A stretch of 64,000 nt of DNA from an uncultured Gammaproteobacteria bacterium (GCA_947258795.1 CAMYJU010000003.1:141779-205778); one strand, 5' to 3'. Shown: positions 29,103 to 38,683, counted from the stretch's first letter. Translations and numbers: made by a program. The notes: generated by a model from the letters alone, not told the origin.

Positions 29103-29915
29103 ATGAAACTACGTGTCTATGCTTTTTCAGCACACATACCGCGGGTAACAGGGATATTGATCCCGCTGTTACTGATCCTTGTAACGGTCAATGCGGCTGC
29201 TGCCGAACAGGGTTACCGCCAGGTCGAGAAAAAAGTACAGCATATCAGCCAGCAGTTGCAGCAACAGGATGATAACGCGGCCCTGTATGTTGAACGGGGT
29301 GACTTGTATTTCCTGATGCGCGACTTCGAGCCCGCGATCGAGGACTATAGTAGTGCGATTGCCCTGGATCCGTCGCTGGACCAGCCCTGGTTCGGGCGTG
29401 GCATGGCCAGGGGTCGGTTGGGATATATCGATGAGGGCATTGCGGACCTGAGTGTCTATATCAAGCGCAATCCGGATAGTTCGCTGGCCTATACCAAACG
29501 CGGAGTACGCTACCTGTGGAAAGGTGACAGTGAAAATGCCAGCAGGGATTTCAATAAGGCGATTGCGCTGGATCCGAACAATGCCGAGGCCCATGACGAC
29601 CTGGGCGTTATCCTGGCGCAACAAAAAGATTACAAGGCTGCTATTACGCATTTCACCAGAACCATCAGCATTGATCCGAGTTACCAGAAGGGCCACCACA
29701 ACCTGGCGATGGCCTATTATCTGAGTGGGCAGGATCTGTTTGCGTTACAGGCAGTTGATAAATCGCTTGGATTGGCGCCCGAAGCACGCAATTCAATGTT
29801 GCTAAAATGTGAAATCCTGCGGGCGCTGGGGCGAAGTGCCGAGGCCGATGCGCTGGAACAGCAGGCGATGTTCCTGCCGGAGGGTAACTGGCATGAACAG
29901 GCGCCAGTCAAATAA
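29103..29915 (+). CDS. Exported tetratricopeptide-repeat protein
   Basis: Signal-like N-terminus and repeated 'AIALDP..A...G' TPR units. Confidence 0.85.
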   Translation: MKLRVYAFSAHIPRVTGILIPLLLILVTVNAAAAEQGYRQVEKKVQHISQQLQQQDDNAALYVERGDLYFLMRDFEPAIEDYSSAIALDPSLDQPWFGRGMARGRLGYIDEGIADLSVYIKRNPDSSLAYTKRGVRYLWKGDSENASRDFNKAIALDPNNAEAHDDLGVILAQQKDYKAAITHFTRTISIDPSYQKGHHNLAMAYYLSGQDLFALQAVDKSLGLAPEARNSMLLKCEILRALGRSAEADALEQQAMFLPEGNWHEQAPVK

Positions 29916-29961
29916 GTACCTGTTCAATTTTGGCCTTTAATTTGAAGAACATGAAGATATT

Positions 29962-30498
29962 ATGAGGTGCAGGATGATGAAGTCTGCCGGAAAACTGATC
30001 GCATACTACTGCGCATTGCCCCTGTTATTCGTGGCCATGACAGCGATGTCGGTCTATGCGGAAAGCCCGGATGTCAGCCTGTCCGACATGGATGGCAAGC
30101 AGCATCATCTGAGTGAATATATCGGTAAGGGCAAATGGGTGTTTTTCAATATCTGGAGTCCGCGCTGCCCGCCCTGTGTCGAGGAAATGCCGGACCTGCA
30201 GGATGTGCATGACGCGCATAAGGACAAAGACGCGATTGTGGTTGGTATGGCACTGGATTTTCCGAGCTTTGGTCCCGCCAAGGTCGACGAGGTGCGTGAA
30301 TTCGTCGACGATTATTTCATTACCTTCCCGATTCTGCTGGGCGATGGCCGCACGATAGAGCGCCTCGGCGGTGGCTGGCTGCAGGGCACTCCGACGACCC
30401 TGGTGTTCGATCCTTCCGGCAAACTGACGGTCAGGCATGTGGGTATGCTGAACCGCAAGGTGATCGAGGATTTTCTGGTTGACCAGACAACCAAATAA
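29962..30498 (+). CDS. TlpA-family thiol:disulfide oxidoreductase
   Basis: WSPRCPPCVEEMP and the GTPTT cis-Pro loop, with an N-terminal signal. Confidence 0.88.
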   Translation: MRCRMMKSAGKLIAYYCALPLLFVAMTAMSVYAESPDVSLSDMDGKQHHLSEYIGKGKWVFFNIWSPRCPPCVEEMPDLQDVHDAHKDKDAIVVGMALDFPSFGPAKVDEVREFVDDYFITFPILLGDGRTIERLGGGWLQGTPTTLVFDPSGKLTVRHVGMLNRKVIEDFLVDQTTK

Positions 30499-30937
30499 AC
30501 CGGGCTGAAGCCCATCCCTTTATGGGCGCGAACGCAATCAGAAAATCGAGGTGCTGGACGGTACGTGCGGGATTACCTCCGGGCGCCTGCACTGCAAGAT
30601 ACGCCCGGGGCATTGGCGGTTATTGCTCGAGAATGAGGACCAGTTCAGCTCCAGGTTGTTCGAGGTTGGTGTGATCCCGGACAAGATCCAGTCTTCGGTG
30701 TTAGCCGATATGTTTCATGACAAATTGGCCGAGCGTTTCAGTCTGCAAGCCGAAAAATGGATGAATTTTCGGACTGGCTGGCAGGGAATAACGCCAGTCA
30801 CGACCATGCAGAAAAGGCCTAGAAATGAGGTTCCATAAACTGAGTATTTGAACACGGGTAACTGAAATAGGAAACGATGCATTATACAGCCACAATGCTC
30901 CCTAGAGCTTTGGCATGTCCATAGGAACTCTGAGTCT

Positions 30938-31537
30938 ATGCGAAAACTGATGTCTACAATATTCCTGATGCTTGTCTCATTTGTATGCTATGGAGAAGAA
31001 TCAGAGGAAGACTTTCTGCGGGCACTGGTCGAGGCCGCGAAGGAGCGGACTGGTTATGATCTAAGATATGATGGCTCCTATCGCACAATACCGTATCCAA
31101 ACGGCGATGTGCCCAGTAGTCTCGGTGTATGTACGGATGTGATAGTTCGCTCTTATCGAAAGCTGGGTATTGACCTTCAACAAAAGGTTCACGAGGACAT
31201 CAAGGCCAATTTTTCAGTTTACCCGTCGAAAAGAATATGGGGTCTGGACAAGCCGGACAGTAATATCGATCATCGTCGGGTGCCGAATTTACAGGTTTTT
31301 TTCAAGCGTCATGGAGAGAAGCTGGCGGTCAGCAACAACGCCGAGGACTATCAGCCCGGGGACCTGGTCACCTGGATGTTGCCGGGGAACCTGCCCCACA
31401 TAGGTATAGTGGTGGACCTGAAGTCGGGCAATGGATATCGGCCTTTGATCGTGCACAATATTGGTAACGGCCCGAAAGTCGATGATATTCTGTTTCAATA
31501 TAGGATCACGGGTCACTACAGGTACCTGGGTCTGTAG
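30938..31537 (+). CDS. DUF1287 (YijF-like) exported protein
   Basis: Motifs YPNGDV, GVCTDV, NIDHRRVPNL, PHIGIV and HNIG. Confidence 0.85.
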   Translation: MRKLMSTIFLMLVSFVCYGEESEEDFLRALVEAAKERTGYDLRYDGSYRTIPYPNGDVPSSLGVCTDVIVRSYRKLGIDLQQKVHEDIKANFSVYPSKRIWGLDKPDSNIDHRRVPNLQVFFKRHGEKLAVSNNAEDYQPGDLVTWMLPGNLPHIGIVVDLKSGNGYRPLIVHNIGNGPKVDDILFQYRITGHYRYLGL

Positions 31538-31880
31538 AGTATTCAGGGAAAACCAAAATGTAATAAATGAAGTAAATGCAATAATAAATAATATCCGGTG
31601 GAAACAGTAGTACAAGAGAAAGACCTTGAGTATATTCCAAAACGGTCGAAGGGATACGGCATTCAACTATATAACCAACACCTGTTAGTAGCCTTTGGAT
31701 CACCCCTGGTGTTATTGCCTGTCATTGAAAACCAGGCGGTTTACCTTGAGCAGGCTCTTATATATTGCTGCTGATTGTGACTGCTGGCAAGTTATCGAAC
31801 TTCAGCTTTATAATCAGGTCTGACTTTCATATATGATGGCAGTGGCGTGCTATCACCGGATTTGTACGGAGAGACCCACA

Positions 31881-32480
31881 ATGCTGAAATCTATAAGCAA
31901 GACCTTTCTGACCGGCATGATTACGATCCTGCCCATCGTACTAACGCTGTATCTGCTGTACTGGCTGGTGGTTTCGGCGGAGACGGCGCTGGGTGGCCTG
32001 ATCAGGCTGGTATTGCCGGAAGAGATGTACTGGCCCGGTATGGGGTCGATTGCCGGCCTGGTGGTGGTGTTCCTGATCGGGTTGCTAATGCACGCTTATA
32101 TGGTGCGTCGGATGTTTGCCTGGGGTGAACAGATTCTGTTTCATTTGCCGCTGATTAAATCGGTATACGGCGCGATACGTGATTTCTTTGTCTATTTCTC
32201 TCCGGACAAGAAAAACGAGTTCGAGCAGGTGGTGTCGGTATCGATCGGGGACACCGGCATGCAGGTGATCGGTTTTGTGACCCAGGCCCTGCCGGAGGAT
32301 CTTCCGGAGGGCTTTCGCGAGGAGGGTAGTATCCTGGTTTACCTGCCGTTGAGCTACATGATAGGCGGCTATGCAGTACTGATGCCGCGCAGCGCTGTGC
32401 GTCCGCTGGATATGAGTATGGAAGAAGCGATGCGCTTTACCCTGACCGCCGGCGTAACCGGCTCGCCTGCCTCCAGGTGA
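31881..32480 (+). CDS. DUF502-family membrane protein
   Basis: Patterns 'FLTG..ILPI..T', 'PLIKSVY' and 'MSMEEAM..LTAG', with a GGAG RBS. Confidence 0.85.
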   Translation: MLKSISKTFLTGMITILPIVLTLYLLYWLVVSAETALGGLIRLVLPEEMYWPGMGSIAGLVVVFLIGLLMHAYMVRRMFAWGEQILFHLPLIKSVYGAIRDFFVYFSPDKKNEFEQVVSVSIGDTGMQVIGFVTQALPEDLPEGFREEGSILVYLPLSYMIGGYAVLMPRSAVRPLDMSMEEAMRFTLTAGVTGSPASR

Positions 32481-32911
32481 ATAATATGAAAACGAGAATG
32501 ACAACTGTCTTGTTATTGATGTTGTGCTGGGCCTGGATGCCCTCTGTCGTAGTGGCGCAGGAGCCGGTCCCGTTTGTAATGCAATTGACGCGTTCCGGTG
32601 AAAACTACGGCCACCGTCGAGCCTTTTTGCAAATCGACAAGGTGCTGGATGATATCGGCGAAAACAAGTTGAAGATAGTCGTGGTCGCCTATGAAGACGG
32701 CATCCATGCCCTGCTGGACAGTAACAAGGAAACCTCGCAACTACTAACCAAGCTGGCTAACCGGGGGGTTAAATTCAAGGCCTGCCGGATCAGCATGCGC
32801 GCGTGGGACCTGAAAGAAGAGCAGTTTCCGCTCGAGGTTGAGTTCGTACCGGCCGGTGCGCCCGAGGTAATCCGTCTGCAGATGCAGGGTTATCGATACT
32901 GGCGACCTTGA
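32477..32911 (+). CDS. Exported DsrE/DsrF-like protein
   Basis: Signal peptide followed by 'VVAY.DG', 'GVKFKAC..SM' and 'VPAG..E...LQ.QGY.Y.RP'. Confidence 0.8.
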   Translation: MNNMKTRMTTVLLLMLCWAWMPSVVVAQEPVPFVMQLTRSGENYGHRRAFLQIDKVLDDIGENKLKIVVVAYEDGIHALLDSNKETSQLLTKLANRGVKFKACRISMRAWDLKEEQFPLEVEFVPAGAPEVIRLQMQGYRYWRP

Positions 32912-32954
32912 TCAGACGAGGAATCTCAAGGGCGATCGGATATAATGCCCGCCT

Positions 32955-33902
32955 ATGGAAAATCCCGCGTTAAAATTGAGCAATCTGAGTAAAACCTATA
33001 GCAACCAGGTCGAGGCCCTGAAAGCTATTGACCTGGAGGTTGCTGAGGGTGACTTCTTTGCGCTGCTCGGACCCAACGGTGCCGGCAAATCCACCGCGAT
33101 CGGGATTATTGCGTCACTGGTCAACCGTAGTGGTGGCGAAGTGCAGATTTTCGGGCATGACCTGGACCGGGAGCGCAAGGCGGCCAAGCGCTGCCTGGGC
33201 CTGGTGCCGCAGGAATTCAATTTTAATGTATTCGAACCGGTGCAGGAAATCCTGATCAACCAGGCTGGCTACTATGGTATCGAGCGCAGACTGGCTACTC
33301 AGCGGGCTGAATACTATCTAAAAAAACTGGAACTGTGGGACAAGCGTTTAAGCTCGGCCCGTGATCTGTCCGGTGGTATGAAACGTCGCCTGATGATCGC
33401 CCGTGCGCTGGTGCACGAACCACGCATGCTGATCCTGGACGAGCCGACTGCCGGTGTCGATATCGAGATCCGACACTCGATGTGGGAGTTCATGCGTGAG
33501 ATCAATCAGAATGGTACGACGATTATACTGACCACGCATTACCTGGAAGAGGCCGAAAGCCTGTGCCGGAATATTGCGATCATTGACCAGGGTCGACTGG
33601 TCGAAAATACCAGCATGAAAAATCTGTTGACCGCATTACAGTTCGAGACTTTCATCCTGGATTTGCAAAAACCGCTAGAGCAGTTGCCGCCGTTGAATGT
33701 GCAGGCTTCCCGCCTGGTTGATGCGTATACCATGGAGGTCGAGGTAGTGCGCGAGCATGGACTGAATGACCTGTTCTGTGATCTGAGCGAGTACAGCATC
33801 GAGGTGGCCAGTCTGCGTAACAAGGCCAACCGGCTGGAACAGATGTTCCTACATCGGGTCAGGGACAATGGCCGGTCCGAGGATAATCAGCGCAATGCAT
33901 GA
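32955..33902 (+). CDS. ABC-2 transporter ATP-binding protein (YadG-like)
   Basis: Motifs GPNGAGKS, LSGGMKRR, LDEPT and TTHYLEE. Confidence 0.93.
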   Translation: MENPALKLSNLSKTYSNQVEALKAIDLEVAEGDFFALLGPNGAGKSTAIGIIASLVNRSGGEVQIFGHDLDRERKAAKRCLGLVPQEFNFNVFEPVQEILINQAGYYGIERRLATQRAEYYLKKLELWDKRLSSARDLSGGMKRRLMIARALVHEPRMLILDEPTAGVDIEIRHSMWEFMREINQNGTTIILTTHYLEEAESLCRNIAIIDQGRLVENTSMKNLLTALQFETFILDLQKPLEQLPPLNVQASRLVDAYTMEVEVVREHGLNDLFCDLSEYSIEVASLRNKANRLEQMFLHRVRDNGRSEDNQRNA

Positions 33903-34662
33903 TTACTTTGTCGCATTCAAGACCATTGTGATTCGCGAGGTGTTACGCTTCGGTCGCATCTGGATACAGACTGTACTGCCGGCGATGATCACCACCGCAC
34001 TGTACTTTGTGATATTCGGCAACCTGATCGGTTCGATGATCGGTGAGGTTGGCGGGGTATCGTTTATCGCCTATATCGTACCGGGTCTGATCCTGATGGC
34101 GGTGATCACCAACTCCTACGCGAATGTGGTGTCGTCGTTCTACAGCTCCAAGTTTCAGGGCAATATCGAGGAGATGCTGGTCGCACCAATCCCCAACTGG
34201 ATCATACTGTCCGGTTATCTGGTCGGTGGCATGTTAAGGGGCCTGGTGGTCGGTGTTGCGGTTACCCTGGTGTCACTGCTCTTCGTTGATCTGCAGATTC
34301 ATAACATTGCCGTGGTAATCACGACCGTGATCCTGACTGCCGTATTGTTTGCGTTAGCCGGATTTATCAATGCGGTTTATGCGAAAAGCTTTGACGACAT
34401 TTCTATCATCCCGACGTTTGTGCTGACGCCGTTAACCTACCTTGGCGGTATTTTCTACTCTATCGATATGCTTCCCGATTTCTGGCGCCAGGTGTCCCTG
34501 TATAACCCGGTGCTGTACATGATTAACGCGTTTCGCTACGGATTTCTCGGTGTCAGTGATATCCCCCTGCCAACCGCGTACACGATTATCCTGACGTTTA
34601 TCCTATGCCTGTTTGCCTTTGCGTTGATGCTGCTCAATCGGGGTACCGGTATACGCAACTGA
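33895..34662 (+). CDS. ABC-2 transporter permease (YadH-like)
   Basis: 'RIWIQT..P.ITTALYFVIFG', 'NSYANV.SSF' and six TM helices. Confidence 0.92.
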   Translation: MHDYFVAFKTIVIREVLRFGRIWIQTVLPAMITTALYFVIFGNLIGSMIGEVGGVSFIAYIVPGLILMAVITNSYANVVSSFYSSKFQGNIEEMLVAPIPNWIILSGYLVGGMLRGLVVGVAVTLVSLLFVDLQIHNIAVVITTVILTAVLFALAGFINAVYAKSFDDISIIPTFVLTPLTYLGGIFYSIDMLPDFWRQVSLYNPVLYMINAFRYGFLGVSDIPLPTAYTIILTFILCLFAFALMLLNRGTGIRN

Positions 34663-34665
34663 CCG

Positions 34666-35220
34666 CTATCGCTGTGGTGGTGGCAGTGGTGCCGGGTACC
34701 GGTATGGCGGTGGCGGCATATAGTAGGGCGGATACAGCGGCCGTGCATAAGGTTGATAGGGCGCCGGTGGATACGGGTAGGCAGGCCGGTATTGAGTGCT
34801 GGTACTGCCCTGGCCTTGTCCGGTCGCTGGCTGTTCGACTGGCTGTTGTTCTGCACTGCCCATGGCGGCAGTAGTAGTGGCCGTCGCGGGTGTGTCTGCT
34901 GGTTTTGGCTCGATGCTGGCACTGGCGGGGCTGCTTGCTGGTTCAGATGGTCGTGCTGGTGCTAGTGTTTCCAGGCTGATGTTTGTTTCGCTTCTCTCCT
35001 TGCGATCACTGGACTTTGCTATTAACCAGTAGATGAAAATGGCGCTAAGCAACGCGGAGATCAGCATCAACGGAACCAGTCCTGCAAAAAAGCCTCTATT
35101 GTCTGCCGGGGGCTGTGCGTGCCTGGTTGCAGGCGATGCCTTTGTGTCAGCACCTGGCTGCATCACCCCCATTTCCTGCAAGCGCTGGCGAATATGCGCC
35201 TGTTTGTCATTGTCCGTCAT
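34666..35220 (-). CDS. Single-TM protein with low-complexity Ala/Pro linker and Pro/Tyr-rich tail
   Basis: One TM helix and the C-terminus YRPAYPYPPAPYQPYARPLYPPYYMPPPPYRYPAPLPPPQR. Confidence 0.65.
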   Translation of the reverse strand: MTDNDKQAHIRQRLQEMGVMQPGADTKASPATRHAQPPADNRGFFAGLVPLMLISALLSAIFIYWLIAKSSDRKERSETNISLETLAPARPSEPASSPASASIEPKPADTPATATTTAAMGSAEQQPVEQPATGQGQGSTSTQYRPAYPYPPAPYQPYARPLYPPYYMPPPPYRYPAPLPPPQR

Positions 35221-35328
35221 TACACTGGCCCTTTATCCGGATCAATTTCGTTTCTAATTATATAATACCGGTGATTATATCGGATTAAAGGGCCAAATAT
35301 ATTGATATTTGTTGCACAGAACTGCAGA

Positions 35329-35589
35329 TCAGCCAGGTATGTAGTCAACTGGATTGGTCGAACGTTTGCGAATCACAAACGTAAAAGCCTGTTCGTCATC
35401 CAGGAAACGCAGGATCTCGTTGCCATCACGCAGGGTATGGTTCCTGATGTCCGGTATCGCGCTGGGCTGATTAGCGCTGATCATCAATAACTGACCGTTA
35501 TCGAGTTTATCCAGGGCCCGGTCAACCGTGCACACGACCCGGCAGTGAGAAAGGTCATGCAGGCTGAGTTGCTGGGTAATCAACGACAT
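35329..35589 (-). CDS. TusA/SirA-fold protein (atypical)
   Basis: TusA pattern 'ALDKL..GQLL.I...P....DI......GNEIL......FTFVIRK', with CPxP replaced by HCRVVC. Preceded by a GGAGG RBS. Confidence 0.72.
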   Translation of the reverse strand: MSLITQQLSLHDLSHCRVVCTVDRALDKLDNGQLLMISANQPSAIPDIRNHTLRDGNEILRFLDDEQAFTFVIRKRSTNPVDYIPG

Positions 35590-35608
35590 GATGGATTCCT
35601 CCCCGGGG

Positions 35609-35866
35609 TTAGGCCTGGGCTGGCCGTTCTGACGGGCAATTCCTGCGGATCAGAAAGCTGTATTCGTCTTCGCACAGCACGGACTCGATCAGCTGGAAAT
35701 CGGTACGGGCACAAAAGATCTGCAGATCAAAATCAGTCTTGGGCTCGCTGGTTGATAACATCAACACTTCACCGCATTGCATTTTGCGCATGGAATGGAA
35801 CGCGCGCAGGAATGGCTGGTGTTGCTGCAGGCCCTGCGTGTCTATCAACTGTGTTATCGGTACCAT
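35609..35866 (-). CDS. TusA/SirA-fold protein lacking the CPxP cysteine
   Basis: 'IDTQGLQQHQPFL..M..GEVL..STSEP....D...FC.......YSFLIRR', with a GGAG RBS. Confidence 0.75.
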   Translation of the reverse strand: MVPITQLIDTQGLQQHQPFLRAFHSMRKMQCGEVLMLSTSEPKTDFDLQIFCARTDFQLIESVLCEDEYSFLIRRNCPSERPAQA

Positions 35867-36078
35867 AGCCGCTCTCCACTGGTTGAAAGATAGTCATCGT
35901 TTGCTGCTCTGGCCAGTGAGACTTCGACATGGGCCAGCCATAGATGTCATCTGTTTTATTTTGTTAATACTAGTAAGAATACTAACTAAATACTTGCATA
36001 GAGCCATCGTATTAATCGCTTCGACAAACTGCCCGACGAAATGTTCCGGTCCCGTGTCTGTTTACCGTAAGCCGGTAA

Positions 36079-36648
36079 CTAGTTTGTCCTGGAAAAACTG
36101 TTGACCCATTTACGCAAGCGGCTGATTTGCCGGTTGACGGTATCGGGTTGTTCCAGTGAATTGGCGAACAGTAGTGAGCCCTGCATGGTCGATAGCAGAT
36201 AGACGGCATCGTCCTGGGCCTGCTGGCTGCCCAACGCCTCAAACTGCTTGCTGACCCATTCGACTTGCATCTTCAGCATGCGCGCCGTTTCACGTGTCAA
36301 CTCACTGTTCTCCTTGTTTAATTCCTGAGCCAGGCTGCCGACTGGACAGCCATAGTCGGTCACCGCCGCGCGCATTTGTAATGGCAAATCGAGCAGCGCG
36401 TGCAGGCGATCTGCCGCTGTCGGGAGTGCATCCCATTGCCGGTACATTTCACCGAGTTCCTCGGTTCGCTCATGGATCACGGCAGAGCCGATATCATCCT
36501 TGGTTTTAAAATAGTAGTAGACATTGCCCAGTGGTACGCCCGAGCTGTCAGCAATATCGGCCAGCGTGGTTTTGTTATAGCCCTGTCGATGTATCAGGTC
36601 CTTGGCGGCCATGATCAGGCGTTCACGTTTGTTCGAGCTGGTGGACAT
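36079..36648 (-). CDS. TetR/AcrR-family transcriptional regulator
   Basis: HTH 'GYNKTTLADIA..SGVPLGNVYYYFKTKD' and a C-terminal GCP motif. Confidence 0.93.
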   Translation of the reverse strand: MSTSSNKRERLIMAAKDLIHRQGYNKTTLADIADSSGVPLGNVYYYFKTKDDIGSAVIHERTEELGEMYRQWDALPTAADRLHALLDLPLQMRAAVTDYGCPVGSLAQELNKENSELTRETARMLKMQVEWVSKQFEALGSQQAQDDAVYLLSTMQGSLLFANSLEQPDTVNRQISRLRKWVNSFSRTN

Positions 36649-36727
36649 GGGCTGTATCTAAGTTGGAAAACTAATTGGATTATAGCCCGCATTTTGTACT
36701 TTGCAAAGCCCGATACCGGACTTATTC

Positions 36728-36784
36728 AGGGAACCTCGGATTAAGTCATGCGCAACCGCGATAGACTTAAATCAGGGGTTCCCT
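36728..36784. mobile_element. 57-bp MITE-like element with IS5-like terminal inverted repeats
   Basis: agggaacctcggattaagtc ... gacttaaatcaggggttccct, flanked by tcag/ctag, with a homologous end at 5608. Confidence 0.6.
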
Positions 36785-37298
36785 AGTTGCTGCGCTTACC
36801 CTGGGGTGGACGCCGGTGGCCACCGTGGCGACGGCTGCGTGCGCGATTGACGTTGATGGTCTGCCCGAGCAGTACCGTATTGTTCAGGGCGGCTATCGCT
36901 GCCTCGCCGGACGCCTGGTCTGCCATTTCGATAAAGCCAAAGCCGCGCGGGTTGCCGGTCTCTCTATCCCTGATGATGTTGACTGATTTGACCACACCAA
37001 ACGGGCTGAAGGTCTGCTCCAGATCCGCATCCGTGGTATTGCCGGCCAGGTTACCGATATACAGCCGGGTACCGGTTGGGCGACCGTTACGATTGCGATG
37101 CTGGCTTTGACGATGCTGGCCCTTGCCGAGCAGTACGCCGGTGAACAGGCCCAGTATCAGTACAAACAGTAACATCACGGCAAGGTTGATGTTGATCTGA
37201 TAGGACATAAAGCTGGCGTTAACCGTAGTCCTGTTTTCAAGGATGATTAATGCGCTGAACGCGAGCAGGATAAGAATAATGAGCCACTTGTATTTCAT
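36783..37298 (-). CDS. Membrane-anchored RRM RNA-binding protein (LapA/DUF1049-like N-terminus)
   Basis: Two TM helices, then RNP2 LYIGNL, RNP1 RGFGFIEM and an Arg/Gly-rich tail. Confidence 0.85.
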   Translation of the reverse strand: MKYKWLIILILLAFSALIILENRTTVNASFMSYQININLAVMLLFVLILGLFTGVLLGKGQHRQSQHRNRNGRPTGTRLYIGNLAGNTTDADLEQTFSPFGVVKSVNIIRDRETGNPRGFGFIEMADQASGEAAIAALNNTVLLGQTINVNRARSRRHGGHRRPPQGKRSN

Positions 37299-37467
37299 GA
37301 GTCTTGTAAAACCACTTAAGTTATAGATAAAGCGACAAGTCATCTGATAGGGGTCGCAATAATATGGCAGGCTCCTGGTGTAGTCAGGGATCAGGCCAAG
37401 GCCGGTATGCTAACAGATTGGCCCAAAGGTATGCGAATCGTAAGGGCTTGCCTGCCGGGGCAACCCG

Positions 37468-38181
37468 TCAATCGGGCACCTCAGCGCGCGCAATCGACCA
37501 GATTTCGACGTACTGTACGCCATTTTGCTTGAGCAGGGCGGCGAGTTCACGCATGGTCGATCCGGTTGTGATCACATCATCAACCAGGGCGACCCGCTCG
37601 GGAAGCCGCTGCGTGCTGTTGAGCTGAAACGCATGTCGCAGGTTACGCTTGCGTTGCTGCAGGTTCAGCCCGGTCTGTTTCGGGGTGTTGCGACATCGCT
37701 GCAGGCAGCCCTTGAGCAGCGGGATATCCAGCTGACGGCTGATCCGCCGCGCCAGCTCGGTGGCCTGGTTGAAACCGCGCAGGCGCTGGCGCCGGGGATG
37801 CAACGGTACCGGGATCAGCCCTTCTACATTGATGGGATGGTCGTTCACCCGCAGGGCCTCGCAGAAACGGTCGGCCAGCCAGTTGGACAGGTGCAGGCGA
37901 TGGCGGTATTTCAGGTCATGCAACAGCGCCTTGACCGGCGCCTGGTAGCGGAAAGCACTGAACGCGGCATCCTGGGCGGGCGGCTGACTGATGCACTGGC
38001 CGCAGAGTGTAGCGCTACTGTCCGGCAGGTGTATCGCGCAACAGCGGCAGCGGTGGACAGTCAGTGGCAGTGTTTCGCGGCAGGTCTGACACAGCATGTC
38101 CTGCCTGGCCTGATGGCCACATAACAGGCAAATAGCAGGGCTCAGGCGGGATCGGGCAATACTTATCCAGTTGTAAACCAT
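37468..38181 (-). CDS. comF: ComF-family phosphoribosyltransferase-like protein
   Basis: Double Zn ribbon, PVPLH, RGFNQA and LVDDVITTGST. Divergent from the bio operon. Confidence 0.9.
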   Translation of the reverse strand: MVYNWISIARSRLSPAICLLCGHQARQDMLCQTCRETLPLTVHRCRCCAIHLPDSSATLCGQCISQPPAQDAAFSAFRYQAPVKALLHDLKYRHRLHLSNWLADRFCEALRVNDHPINVEGLIPVPLHPRRQRLRGFNQATELARRISRQLDIPLLKGCLQRCRNTPKQTGLNLQQRKRNLRHAFQLNSTQRLPERVALVDDVITTGSTMRELAALLKQNGVQYVEIWSIARAEVPD

Positions 38182-38251
38182 ATTGAGTCCATTCCGGTTG
38201 ACAGGTATGATCCATTACCATTCTTTAAAATACTGCTGGAGCATGCCTACC

Positions 38252-38683
38252 ATGACGCAGCCAGGTCTTTCAGTCAATCAAGCAGAAACACAGACCCCAT
38301 CGGGCCCTGTGGTCACGGTAAGTGCACAATCGGCGCGTACGGCATCCCAACTGTTTAATTACGGTAATATCGCCGCGATTCTGGTGCCGTTGCCGCTGGG
38401 CCTGTTATGGGTAGTCGGCTCGATGATTATTTACGCGATGAACCGTCACCACCCGAATGAGCGGGTGGGCCATTACACCCAGCAGGCAGCCTATCGTTTT
38501 TATGGTATTACCGGTTTTTTCGTGGCTGCTGGCGCCTTTATCCCGGGTGATGGCTGGTTCTGGTACCTGGTGGCCTGGGGTCTAGCGGTGCTGGTGATCG
38601 TGCCGTGGTCGATCATGGATATTATGCGTATCCGGCGCGAGACCTGGCATGATGTAACTATTAACCCTGAGGAAGAAATATGA
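38252..38683 (+). CDS. Hypothetical membrane protein
   Basis: About three hydrophobic helices. The stop overlaps the bioB ATG. Start is uncertain (38243 or 38252). Confidence 0.75.
   Translation: MTQPGLSVNQAETQTPSGPVVTVSAQSARTASQLFNYGNIAAILVPLPLGLLWVVGSMIIYAMNRHHPNERVGHYTQQAAYRFYGITGFFVAAGAFIPGDGWFWYLVAWGLAVLVIVPWSIMDIMRIRRETWHDVTINPEEEI

Noticed and set aside
30499..30937. 95-aa ORF (30551-30838), a REP-like gggctgaagccc hairpin and a 'gaggttcc' resembling the MITE end
   Set aside because: No recognisable family or clear start, and the repeat matches are too short. It may be a gene remnant but I cannot support a call.
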